Part shown: positions 1-11,964 of the stretch, one piece after another
Numbering within the stretch: the first letter of the stretch is position 1
Layout of the letters: each line of letters starts with the position of its first letter
Origin: Phoronis australis
Lineage: Eukaryota; Animalia; Phoronida
Length of the DNA stretch: 64,000 nucleotides
NCBI GenBank assembly: GCA_002633005.1
Contig: NMRA01000267.1
Coordinates: 405,202 to 469,201, forward strand
Direction of reading: 5' to 3'
Translations under genes and position numbers: made by a program
Notes under the pieces: model-generated
Database searches by the model: none
What the model saw: only the letters and a program-made list of their open reading frames with translations
What the model was told of the DNA's origin: nothing

Positions 1-1038
1 AGTGTATTTATATCCTCCGGGTTCTACTTTTGTATTCATACACCTCTCTACTCGACACCTGATTGGTCACTCACATTTCGTTTGTTCAGTGTAGTGTGGT
101 CTAGTTCAGTCGGACACCTAGCTACCTCGTTGTCCAGAAGACCATTACATTTTTCCTCAGTTTTGTCTGCGTTCCCCTGGCAAAATGAATAGTGTATAAC
201 GTTCGTAACGGGCTTTCAATGACATTTGGTGATCACGTGGGACCCTCACTCCACCAACGCAGCCCAGTGCTGGTGAACGAACAATTATTGTCCTGAAACA
301 TTATGATAAAAATACGACTTCTTCTTTATTGACACCAGCTAGCGAACATAGTTTCTCATCTCATGGGCATTGGAGGAGTCTAGATGAAAGATATCGCAAC
401 CAGACTGCCTCGGCAAACAAAGCATGGTCCTCATGACCTGCAAATCAATTGAGCATTTTTGCCCTTTTTATTGCTCATAAAGCCAACGTTACAAAATCTG
501 CTATGGACAAGCATATTCACGTAAGTGCCAACCAAGGATCAGCATCTCTGATTATGTGACGGACACGTCTCTTTGGCAAGAACTTTCATTCGCATTTCCT
601 GTCAATATCGCATTTTGGTGTCTAAAAACACCTATTGTCCCCAGGGATTGTCAATACCTGTAACATTAAAGCCAATAATTCAAATTTCACTTTATTTCAA
701 TTGAACAAATCAATCTTGTAACAACAAAATCATTCACGTTAGGATTTACTGCCAATAACACTTTTTGACATAAACATGCTAGCATGCACTACAATAATCC
801 CATGCAAATCCATGTACATTTACACTGGTAGGCTACTGTTAGTAGTGTAGTCTGGGTTGAGTTAAATTGCTGTCGCCCTGCGAGTAAAATCTCGTCAAAA
901 TAGCGCGGCTCTCATTGAAAATACATGACACCATCTTGCGTAATCTCACGAAGTCCTTCTTTTCTAACGAGGTCCAAGCGTTACAGAACTGTAACCTTGT
1001 CTTCATTGGAATCAAAAGGTACAAAATTATTGTTACAG

Positions 1039-4000
1039 GTAACTGTCTAACTTGCGAGCAAATCTGGAGAGACCGGGACAACCCGTCCGGTACTGGAGAC
1101 CACGAGACACGGGAGATTCACCCGGTAATAAATCATAATGGCAATCTAGTGGACAAGCCTGCGACGCATGTACTAGTTCTTGTCAGCCGCTCCCTCTATT
1201 GTCACCTGTAGCCAATTGGTTTTGCAAGATTCTTCTTTTGATGTTTCGATGTTTATTGTTTAATAATAAATCACGAATTTCCACGAAATCAGATGGAAGC
1301 GGGTTTCCGTTGCGATGAACTTGGCACGCGACAGGCTCTAAATTCTTTGGCATGACGTTTTTTTCGCTCCCGTGGTTGTCCTCTCTACCCACAGAATGTA
1401 AACAAGTACCATTTTGCATGGGGACTCTACAATGGGATTGAGTAAATGTAGTGTTTGTGGGTTGTGAGCAGGAATGCAATCATTCAGTTTTGCGTTCTAA
1501 TCTAAGGACCCGGCTACTGGCTCTTGAAGTCAATTCAAGTACATACTTTGCCCAGTTGTTGTTCCCGGAACCAACATTTCTCCATTTGGTTTGGTCACCT
1601 TACTTTCGTTTGATGATGTCCCTTATTGAACTTACACTTCAGCAACGATTTGTCAGTTCATCCCGAATATAACAAAACTCTGCTTAAGATAAAATACGAG
1701 AACAATGCTGTCCAATTCAAAGGTTAGTCTTTTTATTTTTAACATCGTGGAAAGCGGGGTTGCGTTGAGTAATATTGTTTGACTTTGGTAGGCTGTGTAA
1801 TCTCCAGAACAAAGTACTTTGAAGCAACTCATTGCAGGCACAAGTGTGCGAGGGGAACACACCACTCTCTGCGACGTGCACGGTGAAGTCTATCTGGTCT
1901 GGCGTCGGAAGTTTACCTCAAGTGTTCGACCAGTGGACCGCTGCCAGCAAAGCGCCTGACAAACTTAACGTGCCGTGTACTTACCGCAAAGGATTGCAGT
2001 GTCTTAGAAGCCAGAACAAAGGAACGTGCAGGGACTACCAGATTAAATATTGTTGTTTCAGTGGCCGTAAGTTTTTGTAGTTAATTCTCTGTGTATGTGA
2101 CTGCAATGCCAAATAACACAACCTGAAGCACTTCGGGATATGGGTCACCTGGCATGAAATTGGTGGACACAAAACCTACTGAAGCGAAGGCTCAGGTTGA
2201 ACACTGGGACTAATACGAACAACTTGGTTATTCTCAAGACGACTTGCATTATTCATTATTTCCAGTTGTATAGAATTATCGGTTCTAGATTACCCCGATT
2301 AATATACACCACTAGCAAAAATTCAAAATTGGAAATAAAACAGGCTGCCACACTAAAAAAAAATTATTAAAGTGTACACAACGTGACTCTAGTACCTCAA
2401 AATTTTATTATTATATCTTACTTGATTTCAGTGCCTTTAGTGCACAGTTCATAAAGAAACACGTAAAAATTGAAAAAATAATAATTATGTACAACGTCAT
2501 GGGTTGAACCCAAGTTGTTCGCCATACTGTTCGGATCAGATACAAAGTGTATAGAGTGAAGAGAAAGCAAAGTACATTTAGCTTCGAGAAGGTTCGTAGA
2601 GGGATCAAAAGATGTGTTTCCGGAGGCTGCAGCAACAGCAGCCAGGCGGAGAACGTCTCGGTGTTCCGAAGGACACCAAAGTTGGACAGAAGTGGCATCG
2701 CTTCGTGCGCCGAACGAGAGTGTGGGACGTCATCGTGGACCAAGCGATTCGGTCCGGGGCCACTCTGTGTTCTGCCCACTTTGAGAACTCGTGTTTCGAC
2801 TCCAGTCACAGGAGACGTTACGATGAAGGCCTGGTTCAATAAAGGACAATATTTATCCGCAGAAACATCAGCTCTTAATTCAGGATCGTCTGTGATGACT
2901 GGGTTGACTCGCTGAGCCCGAGGCCGCTTCTCTCGCGGGAGGATCCAGTTCGAAAGGCTCAAAGTAGAAAAGTACGCAGCCGGAAGCACATTAAACTTGT
3001 TCTCGCTTTCGTGCAACCCCATTTCCTCATCCTGGCCACCATTCCCGTACGTTTCTTCATAGTATTTGTTCAGTTTTTGCTCATAATCGTAGTCGCTTTC
3101 AAATTCCCTGCTCTCCGCAATTGTTCAATGCTAGTCGCTGATCTCTTGTGTTCAACCCATGACGTCACATGGCGGGAAATGTGAAAATTGGCAAAATTGA
3201 AAGAAAAATCAAAATTTCGAGCTAATTACACAAAATAAACATGGGTTTAGCTAAATTTTACGCAGGATGATAACGTTTTTCCAAGCCCAGCTCTTGTCGA
3301 AACCCTTTCAAAGCGGTAAGCAATTTAAATCGAAATTTTGCTGCTTTGACGTAAAACCGGTTTGTAACCAATGCTGTTGTCAATTTTCAGAGAAATATTG
3401 GACAAGCTGGCTGGACCGTGACGACCCAAGTGGTACTGGTGACTGGGAGACTGCTCGCGATTTCAGGGTAAGACATAACAGAATCCTATACGGTACGAGT
3501 CTTGGGTTTATGACATGGACAAAACCTCTTGGAAGTTCCAAGAAGTTATGCCATGCCATAAACTCGAGACGAATGTAGGATTTGTTTTCTCAATGAACCG
3601 ACCCCCAAGGGTGCGCACATGAAGTGTAAGACGGGTTCTTGGCTTCTATCTGGAAAATTGGAGTAGTTCTCGATTGTTACGGCAACCGGCTAAGGTGGAA
3701 AGTATTTTTTGAGGCCCAAAAATTGCGACTCTCGGGGTATGGCCCACAAAATTCATCTTTATTTTTTAACTTTTGGATTATTTCCTTTGACAAACGTATA
3801 ATCAAATCAAAGAAAGAGTATCCATTCAATGATACGTGAATCAACATTAGACAAAAAAGTTGTGTGCCTAGTATGTGCACGCCTCAGTGGTGTCGTTTGA
3901 TTGAGGACGAGTACCTTTTCGTCTGCGTTTTTAGGTACTTTGAATTAAGTACATGATTTCTCCTTGGCTGGTCTTTGTTTGTATCCCAACAAACAGAAGT

Positions 4001-4478
4001 TTACAAAATTTTTGACTTGTTTTGACGTATCATTGTTAAGACTACAGTCAAGTGTTTATTACGCTACAGATAAGAGGCAAAAATTGCTGAAAACTGATTC
4101 AAATGAAACTGTAAAGTGTCATGTCACGTGCATCTTCTCTCACTAACGTTCATTTTTGTAATCTGTACTATGGGATGATAATAAACTATTTGTAATATCG
4201 CTTACAGAAATAGAATCAAACGACGGTTTTCATTTAATTGTAACGTCTTTTCCTAGAAAAGGCCGTACTATCTGTGCAACGGCATGACTCCTTTGGCAGC
4301 GATGTGTAGAGTAAAAGGCACCACCAAGACATTCAATCAATGGAACTACAGCTCTGTGACCAACGAGAAACTGAGAGTCCCGTGCACACCAGAGACCGGT
4401 CTTGCCTGCGTTAACTCCGACCAGCGGGACAGGAGATGCCAGGACTACGAGATCCGCTTCCTTTGCCCCTGTAATTAG
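1039..4478 (+). CDS. 3' part of a Cys-rich, probably secreted protein with two WxxW (Mucin2_WxxW/CILP-type) domains; exons 1039-1124, 1838-2066, 3391-3467, 4257-4478; 5' exon(s) not located
   Basis: All four exons have AG/GT boundaries and compatible phases (first exon starts in phase 1; internal introns 0,1,0). Spliced translation: GNCLTCEQIWRDRDNPSGTGDHE...VCEGNTPLSATC...VPCTYRKGLQCLRSQNKGTCRDYQIKYCC, then YWTSWLDRDDPSGTGDWE...LCNGMTPLAAMCR...VPCTPETGLACVNSDQRDRRCQDYEIRFLCPCN*. These match the WTxWxDRDxPSGxGDxE...GLxCxNxxQ...CxDYEVRFxC consensus. Confidence 0.9.
2371..3346. mobile_element. internally deleted Kolobok-like DNA transposon in intron 2 of the WxxW gene (THAP stub on +, KolX-like stub on -); ends approximate
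   Basis: Begins after TTAA (2367-2370). A 21-bp inverted repeat lies at 2494-2514 and 3145-3165. Frameshifted THAP on + (KRCVSGGCSN...PKDTKVGQKWHRFVRRTR...LCSAHFENSCF). On -, an acidic stretch leads into YFEP. Confidence 0.6.
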
Positions 4479-4591
4479 CGGCACTTGTCCATTTAATTTA
4501 GAAACTCTATGAAAACATTGAAACGTTAAGTTTGCATCCCATAAAACTCATGCAGTATGGCTTAGTGTGTTTTGTTTAGTTTCTCGTCGAT

Positions 4592-4597
4592 AATAAA
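4592..4597 (+). terminator. candidate polyadenylation signal of the WxxW gene
   Basis: AATAAA about 115 nt after the TAG at 4476-4478. Confidence 0.55.
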
Positions 4598-5578
4598 GTT
4601 AAAATTCACGTCTGACGTTTTCTTCTTGATTAAGTTGACTAGAGGTATCAGCCACAAAGTCCCATTTTAAAACGTCGTTGCAAGACTTCAATTTTGATTG
4701 TTGTTCGAAGAAAATTGAAAATCCGAGATGCGGTTACCTTGGAAATGCAAAATTTCGTATCTACCCTCGCACCAAAGAGAAAGAGAAATCTTGTGTTCAA
4801 AACTGGTGGAAGCGTCAAAAATGAAGTGGTCTGTTTGATATTTTATTGATGTCTTGAGTCTTTTTAAGCAACTCTCGTGTTTTGTGCATAAATAATGAGT
4901 TGATAAAAACAATCAACTTCACCAAAGATGGCGATTCATGACGGAGAAACTACACGCCTGTCAATGATGTGACGGCCGGCTTACACGTGTGTTATGACGT
5001 ACACTATTGGTGCTCTCTCGCATATTGCGTAAAGTGCTTCAATAAATGCCCAATCAGAAACCATTGGTACTCGCATGTCACTGTGTGTTGGCTCTTGGTG
5101 TTTTGAAACCGGCGGTTTTCAAATAAATTTGGAATGTTCTATTTCACAGTTGTTTCAAAACACCTGGATACATAATTATCCTGATCTGTTCACGTTTCCT
5201 TCACAAGAATTTGCAATCTCAAACTAAAAGAAATAAATCTGTCGTAAAATTAAAAAGACCACTTGCAAAAACAGACCCCTGTTTCCGCTTCCGACACTTA
5301 GAATAAGCCTCAAAGGTTGTTCTCGTTTCCGTATTCAAGTAAAAACTATATCAGAAGGTTAAATTTTGACATCCTTTCTCAAATCAGTTGCATCAACTTG
5401 CGGAAGACTAGGTGACTTCCGAAATAGCCGCGCCACATTGAAATTGATGAACACGTCAGACCGTGATCAGGGTGAACAAGCGTTCAGCGCCACCTACATG
5501 TACATATCCCATGTGTTGCAGACGTGAGGTTTCGACCTACTGGGATAAAAAGCGTTTAACATCTTTCCTGCCATTACT

Positions 5579-5650
5579 ATGGCGGCAAATTTCCACTGTT
5601 GTGCGGCAGGATGCACCAATGTTTTACGAAAAAGACAAACCTTTTGAAAA
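5579..5650 (+). pseudogene. possible THAP-domain N-terminal fragment
   Basis: MAANFHCCAAGCTNVLRKR resembles a THAP start (CxxxxC); the downstream W and CxxH residues are not clearly recoverable. Confidence 0.3.
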
Positions 5651-6742
5651 ATAAATTGATGAACAAGGGCATCGCCTTGCACCGGCCTACTATTCCTCTG
5701 GATTGTGAAAACCAAGAAATTACCAACATCACATTCTGATCTAGTATCACATTCGATTAAACTTAACTAACAAGCTTATTGTTGGTACACAATGCTGTGG
5801 TAGTAAGCGGGTCAGAGCTTACTGACACACAAAGGAATCGACAGGTGGAAGTTAAATGTATTAAATTTCTCTGAAAGTCAACCGCTTTCTCCGTTCGAAG
5901 TTTTTTGGTGACAGTATACATATTTTATACAAAACAACCATCGTCTTCACGACATTTTTTGATCGTCGTTTGGAAATTGCATGTTTAACTAGTTGGCGTC
6001 AGGCGCACTGTTTACATCATAATTGCTGCATTACGTGAGCTTGTCGGATGAACGGAGACAATGACAGAGCTGTAATTGGTAAACAACCGGACTATGTTTA
6101 CCAGCCTTCTTTCATTTCTAGTCACTGTTAATTTGGTAACAACACGAATGTATCCCACTAGCCGATTGGTGAAATCGGGATACTCCTCCCACTGCGCGGG
6201 TGCGTAACGGTGTTCCTCATATTTCCCACTGCAAAAAAGAACTCCGCGACAAAGCCAGTGGCTGCGGTTGATAAAGCGGGAGAATTTCGATCCCAGCCAG
6301 AGTTATAAAGCTAAAATAAATTAGCGAATTAAACTAATCAAACAATGCGGTGAGGGGCTGAAAGTATAGAATTTATTCCTCCGCTTTTACAATATAATGG
6401 ACCACTATCCACCAAATCTGAGACGGGATAAATCATAGGCCCGTAGCCAGCATTGTGCGGAGGGTGGTTCGATTTTCTAAAGCGGTGAACCTTTTGATCA
6501 TATTTCGCAAACGTCGGCCATTTTTTCTGTAGCGCCCCTAGGCAGCTAACCCCGGCAGAAGGGAAATCCATATATACGACGATGACTCTTAGTGCCTCAA
6601 GTTTCTTGAGATAAGACAGAATTCGTAAGTCTAATTCAAGAAATGATGATGAAATGACGAATACTCCCAAAACAGGAACCAAATTAGCATGTATTGAGGT
6701 CCACAAAGTTCTTTTTCTTGATTACTGAGCGTTACCCTCTCT

Positions 6743-7080
6743 TCCAAATTTTCGAACTATGCGCACTTTTAACAATGAGTGATTATACTCCATCACATAC
6801 TCGGACGGAAACATTTAAACACAGAATGACGTGAAGAATTTTTTGCCAGGTTACTTAAGTTGCTCATAGTGATGCGGGAAATGAGAACAGTCCACTACCA
6901 CTCAAAAGGTATCCAAATTTTCGAACTATGCGCGCTTTTAACAATGAGTGATTATACTCCATCACATACTCGGACGGAAACATTTAAACACAGAATGACG
7001 TGAAGAAATTTTTGCCAGGTTACTTAAGTTGCTCATAGTGATGCGGGAAATGAGAACAGTCCACTACCACTCAAAAGGTA
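6743..7080 (+). repeat. recent 169-bp direct tandem duplication
   Basis: 6743-6911 and 6912-7080 differ at only about two positions. The homologous region near 46240-46440 appears single-copy. Confidence 0.95.
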
Positions 7081-8553
7081 TTGCTCCAAAGGTTCACTAC
7101 TCCGAAGGTTCATTACCCCCAATAATGTATGAAATTTCGGACTGAAATATGATTTTTGTACTTCCATATGTCAAAATATGCATTTAGATCTAGACGCAGT
7201 GGTGTAAAAATAATACTGAGAACAACGCTGGGGTATTAATTAACTTTAACTGTTTGGGTTTCTTGGGCATGCGAAAAGTGTGCTCCAAAGCATTTCTTAT
7301 GAATACGGAAAAATGAATGCGTACTTGCAGTTTGAATAGAATACGAAGTAGGAATATTGATGAATTATCAACCACGATACATTCACCAAATCCAAGTCAA
7401 GATTGCATCATTTCACAGCGCGTCTGAAAATCTTATTGTAGCGCTTCAACCCTCTCCACTGCATGGAATCACGAGCATGACCGGGTTGGAACTAGATTTA
7501 AAGGTGCCCGTAAGTCGCCACAACCCTGGAATGAAATACTTATTTACAGATTACGTGTTTATGTATCCGGCCAACAACATTCGCTCGAACGACAATAATT
7601 ATGTGCGAAAATACGTTCAGTGAACACAGACACGTGTCAGTGCCACTCCTCAACTGTGTTGAAATGTGGTCTGCCTATCAAGGTTTTTGGCACATAGGCA
7701 GATCCAGACTCAGAGGGAGGCCCAAGAAACTTAAAAAAGCCCCAAACGAAATCACGTCATCAAGTTGAACGGAGGTCAGATGTGGAGGAGATGGCTGATG
7801 ATGATAACCACGCTCGATACCAATCGCGTTTGCGAGAGCGTTTATTTTTCAAACAGGGTCATATGGGGTACTAATGCATATTTTAGTACCCCCTGCCTTT
7901 AGTAGTCCCCTCCTTCAACTCTAACCTAACCTCACAAACATCCAACTAATTGAGCGGGGACTAATCTTTCGTGAAACTTTGGATTCGCCTTTGCTTTCAC
8001 TGAATGCTACACGCGCTTAGGACTACACATGTAGCCTTCACGGGGGGCTCATATCCAAACGCTGTGGACCATAAACAAGTAGGTTGAACTTCTGTTTTGT
8101 GTAAATTTATTGTGTTTTATGTTTGCTATGGACGGCTGAAGTGAAGCACCCGTGGAATTTCTAGTCCGGAGTGTCATACCTTGTAGTATATATAGTGTAT
8201 TGACTATTGGGGACGATCAGAAGCTGAGGTTGCCTGTGGTTCTCCGTGTTTTTTTTCTTTGATAATACTTCAGGAATCAAGGAAAATGCTTGGTTTTTGG
8301 ATGAAAAACAGACACAGTTTCCATTCGGTGCTATGCGCATCTACAATCGTGCTTTGCGCAAATGTTTACAAACAAAATGTTGGCCCCCCCCTTGTAATAT
8401 CCTAGATGCGCCGCTGCACTACATGTTGAAATATGCGAATACATTGCAATTGCTGCTAAAACAATGCACACATGAATCTACGGGCTCGTTTCATGAAAAG
8501 TGATAGAAATTTGGTCTTGAGCTCCCCGAAATTTCAATAGAGTGAAAAGTTAA

Positions 8554-10713
8554 AGGAGAATGTCACCTCCAAAACAACCTATTTTGTATCAATTTAGATC
8601 GATTAGTTAAACTCGATAACACCAAGTATAGTTTTTTTTCCTGACGTCTGACGGCAGACGGGTGTTGAAATTAACCAATGACGTCAGAGGTTCGAATGCA
8701 GTGTGCTCAGCAGTTCATAACTCGCTTACTGGTGTCAGCTTATCGCTAGAAGTCATCATTTTAAACCAATAAATCATCAAAATTCGATGTAAAACCCTTA
8801 CAAATTCATCGACACATGGAACAAATGAGCAGTCTTACAACATCTGTTGTGGCGCTTTTTTATTGCCCATCTTACCAGAGATTACCAATTATACGCTATT
8901 TACCTGTATTCATTATATTGTAACTGTACTAGTCATAATAAATGACCTTATATCGCCTACCTCCGTCTGATTTTCATCTCTGGTAACGAGCTTGCGACGC
9001 ACGTATCATTCATCTATTATTCAGGACAATTATGTCGGTCATAAATGTTATTTTATTTCTCTGTTACAGATTTTTAGGTATTTGAACGTTCCGTAGCCTA
9101 CAGAGATCGGTAGGCCAATTTACCAAGGTTGGTCGCGGGAGTTTGGGGTCTGTTCGGTGAAATGCAGACAGGAGAATATATATATGTAGCTTCGTGTTGT
9201 AATTTTAGACATTTTTTTTCAGTTCTAAACACACAAATCGCTTGCTATCCCGGCCAGTGGCTCGGAACCCGATCAGGCCATCGTGGCCGGACTGAAGACA
9301 CCACGAATGTAAACCAGCCAAAGTTGGAAACTAAACTTCCAGTCACGAAAAGACTATACTAGTGAGCCAAAAAAATATTCACGTGATTATTTTCGTCAAT
9401 TAGCCGCGAAACTGCAAATCTACTTACCAAAGAGTGCCGCGAAGTCAGGTTATCCTTTCCCAGAACCGTCAAGGCAAAAGTTGTGCAGTAACAATGATTC
9501 GAATAATTTATATGAATATCTAAATAAAGATTCCCCTAACATTTGACCATAGGATATAAAATCGAGATATTTTTTCACAACCGCTTTCTGTCAGCAAAAA
9601 CTGAATTAGCATGCGCTCACAGGGCCTCGGTGCCCGGTCAATTAGTTTATTAATTACATCTAAAGCCGGTAACGCAACGATTACTTCATTGTTGAGTTCT
9701 CAAAATATTTGCACTCACGAACACTCCAAGGCATTACACATTGTATCTAATGAGACAGACTTTGTTTCAGTTTTCTATAAGCATTGGTTAGGGTGAGAAT
9801 AAATCATTTTGAAACAGAACGCTCAATGTAAACGTCAACGTGACAACTCGCTCATCAGACGAAGACTTCACAGGTCGATTGTTAAGTTTCACAGGAATAC
9901 ACTGATCAAGAAATAATAGAGAGGCTCCGTGAACGTGCACAGACAACAGAACTTATGGATAGTTCCGGAAACCGTTTAAATGACTTTTCATGGTGTCAGT
10001 GAGCTAAGTGCACGATGAGGGAAACGACTGACGCTTGCGTTTGTTGCCACGAAATTCCACAAGTGAGACGCCTTCTTGGAGAAGCGCAGATGTGTCTCAC
10101 GGACCATCCTGATTTTGTACCGCATCTAAAAAAGGTGTACTTACGACGTTTTTTAGGGCTGAGAAAAGAACTGGCGAAAACATCCTACACACAGAGGATC
10201 GCCAAACGGAAGCCTCACGAACGAGTCAGTCATCAAACAGGTTATATAAAACGTTATGTTCTCACGCCTTGAATTAATTGTAATTGTTTATGTTTTCATG
10301 GCCAACTACAATTCTCCATAATCAAAAACTGATCTACAGCCGATCCGACGAAATGCAGGCCACTGACAGACACGGAGAAGTTTCACGGCCTCATACTTGG
10401 TCTTAACGGCGTACTTTTCATTCTTCACTACCGCGAGCCACTTCCGAAGCATTATGGGCTCTCGAGGAAATCGAAAAAACGATACACCGCTTTCCTCGCA
10501 GCTTCATAATTCGCACAAGCGGGAGCGATACACCACACTATCAGTAGCGGCACTCACTCTGCCGAAGAACCACTGACGTTGCTTTGTCGTTTCTCGCCTT
10601 CCTCACAGGTTAACGCGACACCTCTCGGCGAGGTAAGATCGACCGTATACCCTGGATATAGACCGATTAAGACGGTAAAAAGGCTAATTAAAACGGGTGG
10701 TATTCTCGATCCT
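8554..10713. mobile_element. Kolobok-like deletion derivative: P2X7-ballast-like KolX remnant (+, ~9890-10230) convergent with a THAP remnant (-, ~10530-10330)
   Basis: TTAA|AGGAGAATG at the left end and CCT|TTAA at the right (imperfect TIR). + strand: EYTDQE...RLNDFSWCQ*AKCTMRETTDACVCCHEIP...CLTDHPDF. - strand (frameshifted): WCIAPACAN...FFRFPREP...RKWLAVVKN...LRVC..HF. Confidence 0.75.
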
Positions 10714-11785
10714 TTAAGTCATTGATCATGATCACAGCATATGGGAATTGCGTCTACAGACCTTGCTATATCAATAAACACTAGGCTAGGCGAGGTGCTT
10801 TACTAAAGGAATTCTGGCGACAGCAGTATGCCCCAGCCAAGCAGGCACATAAGACGTGTACGAATCGAGCGTTTATATCTTTGTTAGAAAGTAGTGTGTC
10901 TGAATTATTTCCACCAGATTAGGTTAATTTTGCATATGGAACAAAAAGCTTTCGTTCTGGGCTCCCTGCAGGTGATCGGGGGTGACTGGGATGTAATTTG
11001 TAATCGCAACGTTTATTCTAGTGTTTGTCGCGTTGCTGCTCAAAGCTTATTCGCTAATTTCTCTTAATGTATCAGTTTTAAAAATTCAAAGACTGTTACT
11101 GTGCACTTTTCAATTTTAAAAACAGTTGTGTTGGTCGTTTGCCTTCCTTATTGCCCCTTTTTTACTTTGATACTCGTACGCTAAGCAGGCGTGATCATTG
11201 ACGTCTCATCCAGCACGTTCAGCTAAGCCCAAGAATAGCTTCTAGCTCACTTCAGTCCGCGACGGCCCATCAAGTCTTTGATGTGCGGAGGACTTCGCTG
11301 GACAGTCTTGGGTAAACAGTACACGCTTTCTCGTCCACTGTGTACAAATTAGCGTAAGATTTGCCTAATGTACTATGCTGGACACGTTAACAGCTTGCGG
11401 GCTTGGAATTCCATCACCGAACAGGCCCGGAGCAGGCTCGTAGACAGCATTGCGTCGGGGTCGTTTGAATTTCCAGAACAGTGAACCCTTCCTTTTGCAA
11501 ACGTCGACATGTCTGTAGAGTTTTTGGTAAGCCAATGGAAGCAGCGTAAGAGGGAAATGTGTAAACACAACGATGACTCTCGGTTCGAGATGAGACGGAA
11601 TTCGTCACGGAAACTGAGGATGCCGTGACGGTTGCTTGCAAAGAATGGGCCTCTTAGCAGACATTCAGACTAATGAACTGTCGGAGTTCTGGTTTCAGAA
11701 TTGTGGATATTCGGCGAAGTACTGAACTTTCGAAAATAGCTAACTTTCTGAGTAACTTTCGAAGGTACCGAACCTTCGAAGTAGT

Positions 11786-11964
11786 ATACCTCATTCATGC
11801 AGTCGCCATTTTCACAGTGAGCCTCGTTTTAGGTTTAAAAACAATGCATTTGAGTCATAAATATAACGAGGAACGGGAAAAAACGCTTTGCGTATAATTC
11901 ATTTTATTTTAAAACCTAAAAAGGGACTCACCTTTACAATGGCGACTGCGCGAATAAGGTGTAT
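11786..11964. mobile_element. palindromic MITE of ~180 bp
   Basis: atacctcattcatgcagtcgccatt ... aatggcgactgcgcgaataaggtgtat inverted ends. It is absent from the homologous position near 47225. Confidence 0.8.

Noticed and set aside
2110-2225. possible tRNA-derived SINE fragment on the minus strand
   Set aside because: No convincing A and B boxes or cloverleaf.
2411-3022. 203-aa minus-strand ORF
   Set aside because: Mostly antisense to a frameshifted THAP remnant; no family signature.
10015-10272. host P2X7 receptor gene
   Set aside because: Only the ballast-like Cys motif is present, with a stop codon, inside TTAA-flanked ends opposite a THAP stub; no P2X channel exons.
11365-11641. MULE-like CFH motif in overlapping minus-strand ORFs
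   Set aside because: Too short and frame-inconsistent to support a call.
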